From the NCBI GenBank assembly GCA_018062515.1, contig JAGOSC010000001.1:40765-104764 (forward strand): a stretch of DNA of 64,000 nt, read 5' to 3'. The notes under the pieces are model-generated. The model searched no databases. It was not told the DNA's origin and saw only the letters and a list, made by a program, of their open reading frames with translations. Positions within the stretch are counted from its first letter, which is position 1. Each line of letters starts with the position of its first letter. The DNA comes from Candidatus Omnitrophota bacterium (lineage in GTDB: Bacteria; Omnitrophota; Gorgyraeia; Zapsychrales; Zapsychraceae). Made by a program: the position numbers and the translations under genes. Positions 1 through 11,365 of the stretch are shown piece after piece.

Positions 1-1176
1 ATAATCAAAATAATTAATCATTTCTTCAATTCTCACCGCGTCGATGGGAGGAAGCTGGCCCTGGTCGACAAATCGTCGAATATTACTGTACGACGCTGTA
101 TCCACATCGACGGAGAATGTTGACAATGGCGCATTAACCGCTGAATAAAACGAATTTTCAAAAATTGAATCATACTCCTCACTATTAGACTGTGGTTGAG
201 GATACGGATAGATGCGTTCGGCTGGATCAGGATAAATGATCCGATCTTTATAATCATCTTCGCGATAAGCCGGCATTCTATTATTTTCCGTGGAATTTAT
301 TTCATTGGATTCAAAATATCTTCTTTGGGCTTCGAGAATTGTTTCATCACTCGCCGGTGGAACAGCGGCGGGATGACGAGCGTACGTCGCACTTCCCTTT
401 GTTTTTTGAGCAACCTGCTCCATCCGTAAACCACCCAAAGCGGCCCCCCGTGGTAAATCATCCTGAGGTACACCTTCCTTCTTTGATTGTATTGGCGCAA
501 AAGTATCCATATTAGCGGAATCCGACCGGGCATATTCCGAAGATTGATATCCGTCCGCACCTTGTCTGTATCGAGCATCTTTAGAGGAGGCTATTTTTTC
601 GCCTGCTCCGAATGATTCTATCGCCGATCCTGATTCTGATTCCGATGGTTTCAAATAACTTGTCGTCAGATAATATGGCTCATATTGGGGCTCAGCTGTA
701 TCTGCTTTTCGCTCTGCACTGGTTACAGTCGGAACCGAAGCTGATACAGTCCGTTTCACTATTGAAGTGTCAACTACGGAAAACTGATCTCCAATATCAT
801 CCGAAGCGGATTTCAAACGTTGCTGAATATTTTTCTTTCCATAAGTCTGGAAATAAATCGTCCCGATAATTAAACATATAGCTATGGTTACAAAGGCGCC
901 GCCTCCGAACGAAAATATTGATTTTCGATTCATATTTTTCTCCCGGAGCTTATCATCAAGAAGTGTCTTCTGAATTTTATTCGCCATATCAGCGGATACA
1001 TCTTCATCTGACCAGTCTTTTAAAGCCGTCGATAACCGATTCAATTCTTTATAATAATCCTGCCATTCTTTTGAATTAATGATCAGGTCTTCGACCTCTT
1101 TTTTTTCTTCTTCAGTGACGAAACCGTCTATATAGGCTGAGATAAGCTCTTTAATTTTTTCATTATTGTTAATCAT
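1..1176 (-). CDS. Anti-sigma factor, 5'-complete and 3'-truncated by the window edge. N-terminal anti-sigma domain, one TM helix, C-terminal vWA-N (YfbK-like) region.
   Basis: ATG at 1176 overlaps the sigma gene stop by 8 bp. I translated the minus frame manually and found it open to position 1: [26 protein letters not shown]... [20 protein letters not shown] ... [38 protein letters not shown] (matches the vWA N-terminal motif). Absent from the ORF track because no stop lies inside the window. Confidence 0.6.
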   Translation of the reverse strand, partial: MINNNEKIKELISAYIDGFVTEEEKKEVEDLIINSKEWQDYYKELNRLSTALKDWSDEDVSADMANKIQKTLLDDKLREKNMNRKSIFSFGGGAFVTIAICLIIGTIYFQTYGKKNIQQRLKSASDDIGDQFSVVDTSIVKRTVSASVPTVTSAERKADTAEPQYEPYYLTTSYLKPSESESGSAIESFGAGEKIASSKDARYRQGADGYQSSEYARSDSANMDTFAPIQSKKEGVPQDDLPRGAALGGLRMEQVAQKTKGSATYARHPAAVPPASDETILEAQRRYFESNEINSTENNRMPAYREDDYKDRIIYPDPAERIYPYPQPQSNSEEYDSIFENSFYSAVNAPLSTFSVDVDTASYSNIRRFVDQGQLPPIDAVRIEEMINYFDY

Positions 1177-1783
1177 GGTAACCCTCCTGAATATAGGAAG
1201 ATAATTCAACCCGCAATTTTTCACGGGCGCGAAAGATCAGTATTTTGACATTATTCAATGAACAGTTAAGGATTTTGGCGATTTCATCGTAGGAAAATTG
1301 GTGATACTCCCTTAATACAATCGCTTCACGCTGTTGATAATCCAGTCGGCTGATGGCCTTTTGAACAAATACAGCCCGCTCTTTTTTCTCTAAATTTTGA
1401 GATGATATATCCGTTTCATCCGGAACATCCCATTGAGTCGATTGGTCTTTATTTGTAAACGTCATGGAAAATATTTTTTTCGTTTTTCTGATTTTATCGA
1501 TACAGCGATTTCGCGCGATGGTAAACAACCAGGTGGAAAATTTTGCGTTAGGCTGTTGCTTATAAGGACTGCTCAGAAGAGCGACAAATACGTCATGAAC
1601 AACATCCTCAGCATCGGCTCGATTGCCCAAAATTCGGACGCAAAAATTTAAAATACGGTTCTTATATCGATGAAATATCATCGAAATCGCCTCACGATTT
1701 CCAGACTGGTAATCCAGCATGATCTCTTCGTCTGTCTTTTCCATATTGATTAAATGTTCAATGCCTTCAGTTTCATGGAGCAA
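1169..1783 (-). CDS. ECF-family RNA polymerase sigma-70 factor.
   Basis: 204 aa with region 2 ([29 protein letters not shown]) and region 4 ([34 protein letters not shown]) signatures. Overlaps the downstream anti-sigma gene. Confidence 0.85.
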   Translation of the reverse strand: MLHETEGIEHLINMEKTDEEIMLDYQSGNREAISMIFHRYKNRILNFCVRILGNRADAEDVVHDVFVALLSSPYKQQPNAKFSTWLFTIARNRCIDKIRKTKKIFSMTFTNKDQSTQWDVPDETDISSQNLEKKERAVFVQKAISRLDYQQREAIVLREYHQFSYDEIAKILNCSLNNVKILIFRAREKLRVELSSYIQEGYHD

Positions 1784-1824
1784 TATGCTCCGGCGGGCCC
1801 GCCTTTTTCAACTGATCTTTCATT

Positions 1825-1862
1825 GTTTAAACGCAATTTTCGAAGAATTGTTACAAAAAAAA
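1825..1862 (-). promoter_or_regulatory. Candidate ECF-type promoter (GTAACA-N16-GCGTTT on the minus strand) for the sigma/anti-sigma operon.
   Basis: The minus strand reads tGTAACAattcttcgaaaattgCGTTTaaac: AAC in the -35 and CGT in the -10 with a 16-nt spacer, about 50 nt upstream of the sigma ATG. Pattern only, no experimental support. Confidence 0.3.
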
Positions 1863-1945
1863 GTAGAGTTATTGAGTTCATTGAGTTGGTTGAGTTAATT
1901 GAGTTCGACAAACTCAAAAAACCCAAGAAACACAACAAACTCAAT
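1863..1945. repeat. Direct-repeat array: TTGAGTT at exact 9-bp spacing x4 (1872-1905), a degenerate fifth copy (TAGAGTT, 1864-1870), and two inverted copies AACTCAA (1911-1917, 1938-1944).
   Basis: Read directly: attgagttca ttgagttggt tgagttaatt gagttcgaca aactcaa ... aactcaa. Lies in the 170-bp gap upstream of the ECF sigma gene. Confidence 0.8.
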
Positions 1946-1953
1946 AAACACAT

Positions 1954-2370
1954 TTACCGGAATTTATCGTATTTTAATCCGATGTGATGTAAGAACGGCT
2001 TAAATCGTCCCATGTCAGCTTCAAAGCCGCTAAATTCACAACCGCAGCGGTAACAATTGATTACGTACGGAACCTTCTTAAAAAGCAGCCAGTCTACAAG
2101 TGCAAAAAATGGCAGGCTAAGGCCATATGTCCACGGGACGGCAACTATGCCGCACAGCATAATTAGGCAGCCAGCCATTTGATTAAAATTTTTGGAAAGA
2201 TAAAACTGACGGCAGGGACACATGGGGCAGCGGTCAAAAAAATCCGCCTGATTCTGAACTTCTCCCCATTTTGTGTTACATCCGGGGCAGAAAAATTCTT
2301 TTTGATCCAGCCATTCGATTTGACCATACTTTTGACAAGCTGGACAATGACGGCTGATGACTTTTTTCAC
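1954..2370 (-). CDS. Cys-rich zinc-ribbon membrane protein, function unknown.
   Basis: 138 aa; CxxC pairs (CPACQ..CPGCN; CPMCPC; CYRCGC) flank two hydrophobic helices. Its start overlaps the upstream membrane-protein gene by 4 bp. Confidence 0.5.
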   Translation of the reverse strand: MKKVISRHCPACQKYGQIEWLDQKEFFCPGCNTKWGEVQNQADFFDRCPMCPCRQFYLSKNFNQMAGCLIMLCGIVAVPWTYGLSLPFFALVDWLLFKKVPYVINCYRCGCEFSGFEADMGRFKPFLHHIGLKYDKFR

Positions 2371-3140
2371 AAGCTTATTCCAAATTTTATAAAATAATAT
2401 TTATAAGCAACATCACCTAAAAGGACTCCGCATAAAATAACATAAAGAATTCCCGTCGCAGCCTGCGTGTTCTTCAATTTAATAATTTCATGGACCATGA
2501 ATAAAGCAAACAATGGAAAAATAGTACCAAAAAAAACAGGTATGATGAGCAATATCCCTTCGATCGATTTTATAAAGTCAAAGATTGTAACGGTGTCGCC
2601 CAGGTAAACAACTTGTTGAGTAAAAATATAATAAAGATCCCATACGAATCGCATGACAATTAAAACCCAAAAAACCACCGTAGCATTACGGAGATGTTTT
2701 AAAGGAAGCCCGTGAACATTAAGATACCAATGTCCTAAATTCATCGCGAATAAAGATGAAGAAAAAATTAATCCGCCTAAAATACTGATTAAAAAAGTAC
2801 TCGAACTATGTCCTGTTAAAACCAATTGAACACACCACGTTATATATAATCCCAACACCGCTAAAAAAGTAACGGCGGCGAGACCGACTGTTTCTTTTTT
2901 CCAATAAAATGCCGTGATACCTAAAGCTGCAATCATCCAGAAAATGGAAATCACATTTATCATCGGTGAAATCTGCATACGGATCACAAAAAATAAAGTA
3001 ATCACGCCAATGATCGTCGACAAACCGATATGAAAACGATGAAAATTATTTTTTAGAGGATCTTTAAAACAGATCCAAAAACTAAGCGGATAAGTGAAGG
3101 AAAATAACAGGCTGGTTAATAATGTGATGGAAAATATCAT
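2367..3140 (-). CDS. Polytopic integral membrane protein (7-8 TM), function unknown.
   Basis: 257 aa, very hydrophobic; translationally coupled (ATGA overlap) to the zinc-ribbon gene; immediately downstream of the octaheme cytochrome gene. Confidence 0.5.
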   Translation of the reverse strand: MIFSITLLTSLLFSFTYPLSFWICFKDPLKNNFHRFHIGLSTIIGVITLFFVIRMQISPMINVISIFWMIAALGITAFYWKKETVGLAAVTFLAVLGLYITWCVQLVLTGHSSSTFLISILGGLIFSSSLFAMNLGHWYLNVHGLPLKHLRNATVVFWVLIVMRFVWDLYYIFTQQVVYLGDTVTIFDFIKSIEGILLIIPVFFGTIFPLFALFMVHEIIKLKNTQAATGILYVILCGVLLGDVAYKYYFIKFGISL

Positions 3141-3185
3141 AAGAAATTTTGATTTGCTTGAACCGCATGCATCGAATAAGCCGGC

Positions 3186-6125
3186 TTAATTGCTGGTCGG
3201 TGTTGAGACAGGCGCAGGGTGTTCCGCAGGCGCATCGGATAAATGCATGAGAAAATTGCGTAATACCCGAATCTGTTCATTTTCATCACCATTGAGGACG
3301 TCAGGCGGTCCTGACTCGTTGAAATTACTAGGATCAAAAAATGTAGGCATTTTTGTCCCGGGTACAAGAGCTGGAGGGTTTTTAATCCATTCAATCATCC
3401 ATTCCGGCTGCAAACGTGTTTTTGCCAAAGCTAAATCAGGCGCCCATGAATCCTGCGAGCCCGTCGGGAGTTTATTTCCGACAACGTGACATTTGGTACA
3501 ATCCAAATATTCAGCAGAAAATAATTTCTCAGCAGCAGCATACTCTTCCGGTGAAATACTTGTATCAGAATCAAGTTTAAACGCGAATTGATCTCCGTCG
3601 ATGGTTTGAAAGTATTTAACCAAAGTATTTAAATGAGCCGTATTGAAATTAAACGTCGGCATCTTTACTCTTAGCCAAGGCCTAATATTTTCCTTTGGCT
3701 CATGCAAAAACTTAAATAACCATTCGGGATTTAACTTTTTACCCGTGCCCAATAAATTCGGCGGACTGAAACTGTCCCGTTCTTTAATCGCTTCGTTTTC
3801 TGTTTTTCCTTCATATTCTTTAAGCCATGTTTCCACCGTCGCTGCAATCGTCCCGCCACTGTTATCAATAACGTGACAACCCATACAATTAAATTGCGCG
3901 ATTAATTCCTGTCCTTGTTCTTTAAGCAACATTTCCGGCGTTCGCGGAACTTTCTTTAGGACAACCATATCATCATTAACGAAACCTAACAAAGCCGTAA
4001 CAATCGCTTCAACTTCATCATCCTTAAAATGGAAATTAGGCATGACCAATTTTTCATCCGGGGCTTTAATTTTCCCTTTATCAAAAACGCGCGGATCTTT
4101 TAATTTATGTGTATACCAAGATTCTTTGCTGTGGTCGATATGAAGGAAACCAAAATCAAATTTATGAATCGATTTACTTGATTCTTCCGTTAATTCAACA
4201 CCGATCGGTTTATAATTTTCAAATCCTTTAATAGTGTGACAACTATAGCAGCCATATTGACCGATTAATTTCTCGCCGGAAAACTGTAATTTTTCTTCCA
4301 GTTTCATGCTGATCAATTTTTTATTGGCGCCTTGATCGGTTTCGGCGCGTTTTAAAAATCCAAGGACAATGTCATTAAGTACATGTTCATCGACGGCGGG
4401 TATGGCCTTAGCTTCAAACTTAGCATTCTTTCCTTGAATAAGATATTGGGTGATATCCGACGCTTCCTGATCTGTTAAACGGAAGTCAGGCATCTTTGTT
4501 TCCGGATGATAACGATTCGGATCCTTGAGCCAATCATAAAGCCACTCGGGAGATGTTTTCGAGCCCAAACCGATTAAATTCGGACCATATCGACGTCGGA
4601 CTGAATCAATATTAGCTTTATCTTCTGTCGGTTCAGGTTGAACATTATGACAAGCAAAACAACCAACCGACTTAACTAACTTTTCACCATTTTTAGCATC
4701 GCCATTAACTGGTATTTTTTTCAGAGCAAATTCGGTGCTGTTTCCAAATAAATAAGACACAATCGCATGGATTTCCTGTTCAGAGCGTTTCTTCGACGCC
4801 GGATCACTATTATTTGACTGATTAAAGTATGCGGGCATCATCGTATTGTGACGGAAAGAATGCGGATCATTAATCCAGCGATAGGCCCATTCTTTAGAAA
4901 ACTTATTGTGCAATTTAGTTAAATCAGGCCCAGGTTTTTTCCAATCAGAATAACGTTCAATGTCATGACAAGCAAAACAACCGGCCTTTTCGATTAAATT
5001 TAATCCAAGACTGAGTTTTTCAGCACCTTTAATAGGGAATTCACCGCTGTGACATTTAAAACAGCCCGCTTGAACAAACGGCAAAGGCAGCATGGGATCT
5101 TCCCATAACTCCATTTGATGATATTTGTATTTATGCGTCCACTCATCCTTTTGTTGAGCTGAAGATGGCACGTGAACAGCACCATTAAAACTCGTTCCCC
5201 GCGCCCGGCCGCCATGACAGGTTGTACAACCAAATTCTTCTATAGGATGCTTCGAATCTTTCCCGACGTAAAGTTCAAGATTAGGGTGTGTTCGAAATGG
5301 CTGAATCTCATTTTTATAATCTGGATTGGTAATACCTAAGTGGCATGTCACACAACGCTCCACCTTGGGGATACCCATAAAATTGACATTGTCTTTTAAA
5401 TCCCGCAAAACAATTTGTTCAATTTTATTATTTGGATTGGCTAAATCAATGATAGGTAAATCGCGTACCCCATTGGCAATTTGATTCGCAAAACTCATTT
5501 GGGCGGGATCAATTTTAGCGAGCTTTCTTTCTAATAATTCTTTCTTTCCGGCTATTTTATTTTTTTGACGCTCAATTTGCTTAAGCTGCTCGCCGCATTG
5601 CGCTAATATATCTGTTTTTCCTTTAAGTTGAGTGGTAACGTTTTGAACTTTGAGATTCAGGCCGGTAACCATCTTATCCAATACTTGATAATTATTTTTA
5701 TATTTGCTGGTTTGATGTTCATGATTTGCTTCTGCATGTTCAAATTTGTATTTGGCCGCGTCTAACTCGGCTTTTTTAAATTTATAGGTCTGTTCTACAA
5801 GGGTTAACTGGGCTTGAAGATTTTGAATCTCAGAGTTAATGGTTGTTTGCGTGGTGCAGGTTTTGGTATAATCTTGTTTACTTTTCTCAAAATCCTCGAC
5901 GATCTTTTTGTATTCTTCTTGACTATTTAAATTTATTTCCTCTTTATCGAGCTTTATACGGGCCTTTTCGACTTCCATCTCTCTAAACTGAATCTGATAC
6001 TTTTTCCATTCACGGTCATAATCTCTCAAAAACATGATTGTGATGGTGCCCAATAAAACCATGCTAGCTAGGGCAAATAGTACGTTCAGCTTTTCTGTAT
6101 TATAATGACGTTCGTCTTTTCCCAC
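3186..6125 (-). CDS. Membrane-anchored octaheme c-type cytochrome: a 4-heme module fused to four class-I monoheme domains.
   Basis: 979 aa. N-terminal TM (LNVLFALASMVLLGTITIMF) then about 200 aa coiled coil. Eight CxxCH motifs: CVTCH, CTTCH, CFKCH, CFACH, CFACH, CYSCH, CMGCH, CTKCH. The last four each have a downstream Met ligand motif (KMPDF, VMPNF, KMPTFNF, KMPTFF). Confidence 0.85.
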   Translation of the reverse strand: MGKDERHYNTEKLNVLFALASMVLLGTITIMFLRDYDREWKKYQIQFREMEVEKARIKLDKEEINLNSQEEYKKIVEDFEKSKQDYTKTCTTQTTINSEIQNLQAQLTLVEQTYKFKKAELDAAKYKFEHAEANHEHQTSKYKNNYQVLDKMVTGLNLKVQNVTTQLKGKTDILAQCGEQLKQIERQKNKIAGKKELLERKLAKIDPAQMSFANQIANGVRDLPIIDLANPNNKIEQIVLRDLKDNVNFMGIPKVERCVTCHLGITNPDYKNEIQPFRTHPNLELYVGKDSKHPIEEFGCTTCHGGRARGTSFNGAVHVPSSAQQKDEWTHKYKYHQMELWEDPMLPLPFVQAGCFKCHSGEFPIKGAEKLSLGLNLIEKAGCFACHDIERYSDWKKPGPDLTKLHNKFSKEWAYRWINDPHSFRHNTMMPAYFNQSNNSDPASKKRSEQEIHAIVSYLFGNSTEFALKKIPVNGDAKNGEKLVKSVGCFACHNVQPEPTEDKANIDSVRRRYGPNLIGLGSKTSPEWLYDWLKDPNRYHPETKMPDFRLTDQEASDITQYLIQGKNAKFEAKAIPAVDEHVLNDIVLGFLKRAETDQGANKKLISMKLEEKLQFSGEKLIGQYGCYSCHTIKGFENYKPIGVELTEESSKSIHKFDFGFLHIDHSKESWYTHKLKDPRVFDKGKIKAPDEKLVMPNFHFKDDEVEAIVTALLGFVNDDMVVLKKVPRTPEMLLKEQGQELIAQFNCMGCHVIDNSGGTIAATVETWLKEYEGKTENEAIKERDSFSPPNLLGTGKKLNPEWLFKFLHEPKENIRPWLRVKMPTFNFNTAHLNTLVKYFQTIDGDQFAFKLDSDTSISPEEYAAAEKLFSAEYLDCTKCHVVGNKLPTGSQDSWAPDLALAKTRLQPEWMIEWIKNPPALVPGTKMPTFFDPSNFNESGPPDVLNGDENEQIRVLRNFLMHLSDAPAEHPAPVSTPTSN

Positions 6126-6142
6126 TTGAACCCTTAAGTAAA

Positions 6143-7261
6143 TTAAATATTAAAGAAAAATTCCGGAATGGCGATAATGTACTTCACGTTAAACGCCCAG
6201 CGCAAAAGCATTTTAATCGGTAAGCTAGCTGTCAATAACAGGAGAACAACAAACACGCTGTATCGCAATGGTCCCAAATTTTTATATACATTTTTTAATA
6301 ATGTTTTTGATAAAAGCCACGGCATACCCGCGAGGTAAATAAATAGGACGATAAAACCTCCAACCTCTCTTAAAAGGATATTTGTCGGCAACTCTCTCTT
6401 CATCCATATCATATAAATATATTCAGAAAGATTTATGTTCGTCAACGCTTCTAACTTATGCAAATCCCAGTATTCAAAAGGCCCGAAGAAATTCCAGTTT
6501 GGTCCACGCAAAAATGTTCCGACGGTGATTAAGAACATCCATAATACCAACCATAAGAACATAAAAATCGATATAGCCATGCGCCGTTCTTGAAATGTGT
6601 AATAACCGCAGCCCTTTTTATTATTATCAATATAAGGTATCGACATTAAACCAAACATAATAATCGACGGAAACACGACACCGGCTAACCATGGATCAAA
6701 ATAAACAAGCATTTCCTGAAGCCCAAGAAAATACCATGGGGCTTTGGAAGGATTAGGTGAAACCGCCGGGTTAGCGGCTTCTTCAATGGGTGCTTGCAGC
6801 GACATCGCCCATACAAGGAGTAACGCAGAACACAATATTATACAAATAAATTCAATGTAAACCAGATCCGGCCAAACGAGAATTTTTTCCTTAGCGTCTT
6901 CTGCTTCATTTGGTCTTTGTCCGGCGGCAATACGGGCATCATTGTCATAACCTTGTTTCATGGATAACCACAAGAAAAAAACAATCAGAAACAAAAGCCC
7001 GACGATCGGCACATTATCGGGTTTCGTTACAATTTTTCGAAAATTAGGATCCGTTATCCCAAAACAAAAAAATGCAAAAAGTGTGGATAATAGAGCAACA
7101 CCCCCTGCATTCGTCCAAAGTTTATAGATACGTAGGCGCTGATTAATTTTTAAAAAGAAATCATTGATGGGAAAAATAAGCAGGTAAATTCCGACGAGAA
7201 CTGGAAAAAGAATCCGCGGATTTGTTACGTGATTAATAAATTCTTTGATTGAGTCGATCAT
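6143..7261 (-). CDS. Cytochrome b C-terminal half (subunit IV-like) of a split bc/b6f-type complex, with extra N-terminal helices.
   Basis: 372 aa; carries the PEWY-equivalent motif KAPWYFLGLQEM; polytopic; directly follows the b6-type cytochrome b gene. Confidence 0.7.
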   Translation of the reverse strand: MIDSIKEFINHVTNPRILFPVLVGIYLLIFPINDFFLKINQRLRIYKLWTNAGGVALLSTLFAFFCFGITDPNFRKIVTKPDNVPIVGLLFLIVFFLWLSMKQGYDNDARIAAGQRPNEAEDAKEKILVWPDLVYIEFICIILCSALLLVWAMSLQAPIEEAANPAVSPNPSKAPWYFLGLQEMLVYFDPWLAGVVFPSIIMFGLMSIPYIDNNKKGCGYYTFQERRMAISIFMFLWLVLWMFLITVGTFLRGPNWNFFGPFEYWDLHKLEALTNINLSEYIYMIWMKRELPTNILLREVGGFIVLFIYLAGMPWLLSKTLLKNVYKNLGPLRYSVFVVLLLLTASLPIKMLLRWAFNVKYIIAIPEFFFNI

Positions 7262-7299
7262 AAGTTTATTACTTTATTTTTTTACGAAATATTTTCCGA

Positions 7300-8094
7300 T
7301 TAGACTGGCCCGGAAATTCCGCCGTCTTTTCTTACGCGCCAGAAATGGATAATCATAAAAATCATAACAACGAATGGCAATCCTATACAGTGAAGAACAT
7401 AGAACCGCAACAAAGCCGCCTCACCGACGAAACGGCCGCCTAACATCGCAAACTTCGCATCGCTGCTCGACGTGACAAAATTAACATCACCGATCGCTAA
7501 AAGGCCTGAACCGGGTCCCGACGTCCCGACAAACGGTGTCGCCCCAGCCATGTTTGATCCGACGGTGATAGCCCAAATTGCTAATTGATCCCATGGTAAT
7601 AAATATCCGGTAAAGCTTAAAAGCATTGTTAAAACTAATAAGACAACACCAATTGACCAATTAAATTCACGAGGAGGTTTATAAGAACCTGTCATGAAAA
7701 CTCGGAACATATGCAGCCAAACCGTAATAACCATCAAGTGAGCACCCCAACGATGAATTTCTCGCATGATACCTAAAGGAACTTGTTCGCGTAAATCAAT
7801 AATATCGCCGTACGCATATTCGACCGTCGGACGATAATAAAACATAAGAAGAATTCCGGTCACTGTCATGACGAGAAAAATAAAAAATGATAATCCGCCC
7901 ATACACCATGTATATTTGACTTTTACGGCATGCTTAGGTAAACGCACCGGATGAAGATGAAGAAAAACGCCATTTAACATGACCATCATCCGTTGTCGGC
8001 GAGTTTTCGGAACACCCGTACGGAAAACAGCTTTCCAAACTTGGGTTCCGACTATGTATTTCTGAAATTCTTTCCACTTACTATTTTCCGACAT
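7300..8094 (-). CDS. Cytochrome b, N-terminal b6-type subunit (PetB/QcrB-like).
   Basis: 264 aa; His ligands in helices B and D ([24 protein letters not shown]...[20 protein letters not shown]). Confidence 0.8.
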   Translation of the reverse strand: MSENSKWKEFQKYIVGTQVWKAVFRTGVPKTRRQRMMVMLNGVFLHLHPVRLPKHAVKVKYTWCMGGLSFFIFLVMTVTGILLMFYYRPTVEYAYGDIIDLREQVPLGIMREIHRWGAHLMVITVWLHMFRVFMTGSYKPPREFNWSIGVVLLVLTMLLSFTGYLLPWDQLAIWAITVGSNMAGATPFVGTSGPGSGLLAIGDVNFVTSSSDAKFAMLGGRFVGEAALLRFYVLHCIGLPFVVMIFMIIHFWRVRKDGGISGPV

Positions 8095-8108
8095 GTACTT
8101 CCTCCTAG

Positions 8109-8735
8109 CTAAACCTGAACAAAAGATTCAGGATCGCTCCACTCGCCTTTTTCCTGCTGAAATTTTTTTGTTTTGTCGACGACCAATTCTCCGTCGTCGC
8201 CTAAAGTAATCTTAAAACGCTCCAAAGGCCGTGGCGCTGGTCCTTCAAAATTAACACCGGTTTTATAAAATCCGCTTCCGTGGCAGGGACATTTAAACTT
8301 CGCCTCGCTGGATAACCAATTCGGCGTGCAACCAAGATGTGTACAATATGTCGATAAAACGTAAATTTTTTCCGGATCCCGAACTATCCAAGCGCCTTGA
8401 GTTTCTTTATAACGTTCGGAAACCTCGCCGCTGACATAATCATCGGGACGACCAGCTCTAAAAGATTGTTTGGGTTCAAATAAAACATTCGGGAAAAGAT
8501 AACGAAGGACAAGTGTTCCATATCCGGCGAGAACAGCAGCAAATGCCGCCCAACCTAATGTTGACCACTTAATAAATGTCCGTCGGTCCATATTTTCAGG
8601 AACTTGCTGAACAGCATTAGCCGGCGATGAATTCACGATTTTGGAACTTTCAGCCAATTGTGAAACAGTGACACCAACTTGTTTTGGATTTAACTCTTTT
8701 TGAGGATCTTTATTTTGCGGGGTATCTTGACTCAT
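8109..8735 (-). CDS. Rieske [2Fe-2S] iron-sulfur subunit.
   Basis: 208 aa; CTHLGCTP ... CPCHGS cluster-binding boxes; TM anchor with a twin-arginine-like RRTFIKW. Confidence 0.85.
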   Translation of the reverse strand: MSQDTPQNKDPQKELNPKQVGVTVSQLAESSKIVNSSPANAVQQVPENMDRRTFIKWSTLGWAAFAAVLAGYGTLVLRYLFPNVLFEPKQSFRAGRPDDYVSGEVSERYKETQGAWIVRDPEKIYVLSTYCTHLGCTPNWLSSEAKFKCPCHGSGFYKTGVNFEGPAPRPLERFKITLGDDGELVVDKTKKFQQEKGEWSDPESFVQV

Positions 8736-8744
8736 GCTACGCGA

Positions 8745-9611
8745 TTAATCCTTTATTAACTTTAGGGCTGCGGCCCTTACTTTCATATTTTGATCACTGA
8801 TCGACAATTTATTTAATTGGTCTTTTATCGCTTGATCGTTAATCAAATCACAGGCTTCAATCGTGGCAATTATCAGATTATTGGCTTCGTTCTGATCCAC
8901 TTCAGCAAATTGACTAAGGTATTGTCGGTCTAGGAGTTTCAACAAAATTTCCTTACCAGAATCATCTCTCATTTTTGCTAAAGATATGCCTGAACCCCAT
9001 TGTACATTGGGTTCAACATCTTTCAATCCTTTTCTTAAAAAAATGATTGATGACTCATTATTTAGGTTCCCGAGAGCAGCGACGGTGATGGATCGAATCC
9101 TCGCATTATTATTTTCCATGAAAGGAAATAATACATCCGCATTTTCTTTTATTCCTAACATTCCAATGGCGTAAATCAAACCAGGTAGGTTCTCTTCCTT
9201 TTCATCTTTAAGCCCATCGACTAACACTTTACTGAAGGCCGGATTTTTTGTGCGTCCCATCGCTAACGCTAAATACTGACGCACTCTCCCGTCGTCGTGC
9301 TTCGCTCCTTCAAAGGCATGAATCAATTCATTTATAAATCGCTCATCGTGCGGAACCAGCGTCGGGGTGGAAAGAATTTTTGATAATTCAAACGCACCTT
9401 GCCAGCGCTTCTCTTGTCCACCGATTTTTACATCTTCCAAGTAATCATACACACTACGATTTTCTTGAGTGAGCAATTTGATGCCGGTAAACAATACGAC
9501 GGAAAAAACCGCAATTAAGAAGGGAATAATAAAAAAAGAATGAACAATTACTCTCAAAAAAGGTTTTTCTTCTTTTACTTCCATCGCTGGTTGATCTTTA
9601 AGGTCTGGCAT
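8745..9611 (-). CDS. Membrane-anchored HEAT-repeat protein (PBS-lyase HEAT-like).
   Basis: 288 aa; N-terminal TM; repeated A-L-G-x-L-G-x-x-x-A-x-x-x-L helical-pair pattern (LALAMGRT..., LIYAIGMLG..., TVAALGNL...). Confidence 0.5.
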   Translation of the reverse strand: MPDLKDQPAMEVKEEKPFLRVIVHSFFIIPFLIAVFSVVLFTGIKLLTQENRSVYDYLEDVKIGGQEKRWQGAFELSKILSTPTLVPHDERFINELIHAFEGAKHDDGRVRQYLALAMGRTKNPAFSKVLVDGLKDEKEENLPGLIYAIGMLGIKENADVLFPFMENNNARIRSITVAALGNLNNESSIIFLRKGLKDVEPNVQWGSGISLAKMRDDSGKEILLKLLDRQYLSQFAEVDQNEANNLIIATIEACDLINDQAIKDQLNKLSISDQNMKVRAAALKLIKD

Positions 9612-9639
9612 TTAAATTCCCAAGAAAATAATTAAACTG

Positions 9640-9932
9640 TTAATTCAGAAGTTGTTTCGCTTCGGCTAAAGATGAAGCCTTAGTTGCTTTATCCGTAAGC
9701 AATAAAGCTTCTGATTTATGATTAACTTCAAATATTCCCGGCGCTATAGAATAAAATATTTCAGCGCCTTCCTGAAGAATGCGGACGACTCCCTTTGTCA
9801 GTTTAGAGGCGATCGGAGCGTGGCGGTTCAAGACACCGAATGAACCCTGAACGCCTGGAACCGACACAGACTCGACGGGGCCTTTAAATATTTTTCCTTC
9901 AGGAGTAATGATCGTTAGATCAAACGAGGTCA

Positions 9933-9933
<1 letters not shown>
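9640..9933 (-). CDS. atpC: F1 ATP synthase epsilon subunit (short form).
   Basis: 97 aa; beta-sandwich N-domain sequence (LTIITPEGKIFKGPVESVSVPGVQGSFGVL); position after atpD. The usual C-terminal two-helix extension is largely missing. Confidence 0.7.
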
Positions 9934-11360
<1,427 letters not shown>

Positions 11361-11365
11361 TTAAC

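Noticed and set aside
1792-1805. GC-rich perfect palindrome GGCGGGCCCGCC followed by TTTTT on the plus strand, looking like a rho-independent terminator.
   Set aside because: The terminator orientation is plus-strand, but no plus-strand gene ends here. On the minus strand it lies in the sigma-gene leader without a U-tract. Possibly a leader hairpin, not supportable as a terminator.
3137-3394. 85-aa minus-strand ORF between the membrane-protein gene and the octaheme cytochrome gene.
   Set aside because: It overlaps the 3' end of the cytochrome gene in another frame, with no motifs. The real intergenic gap is only about 45 bp.
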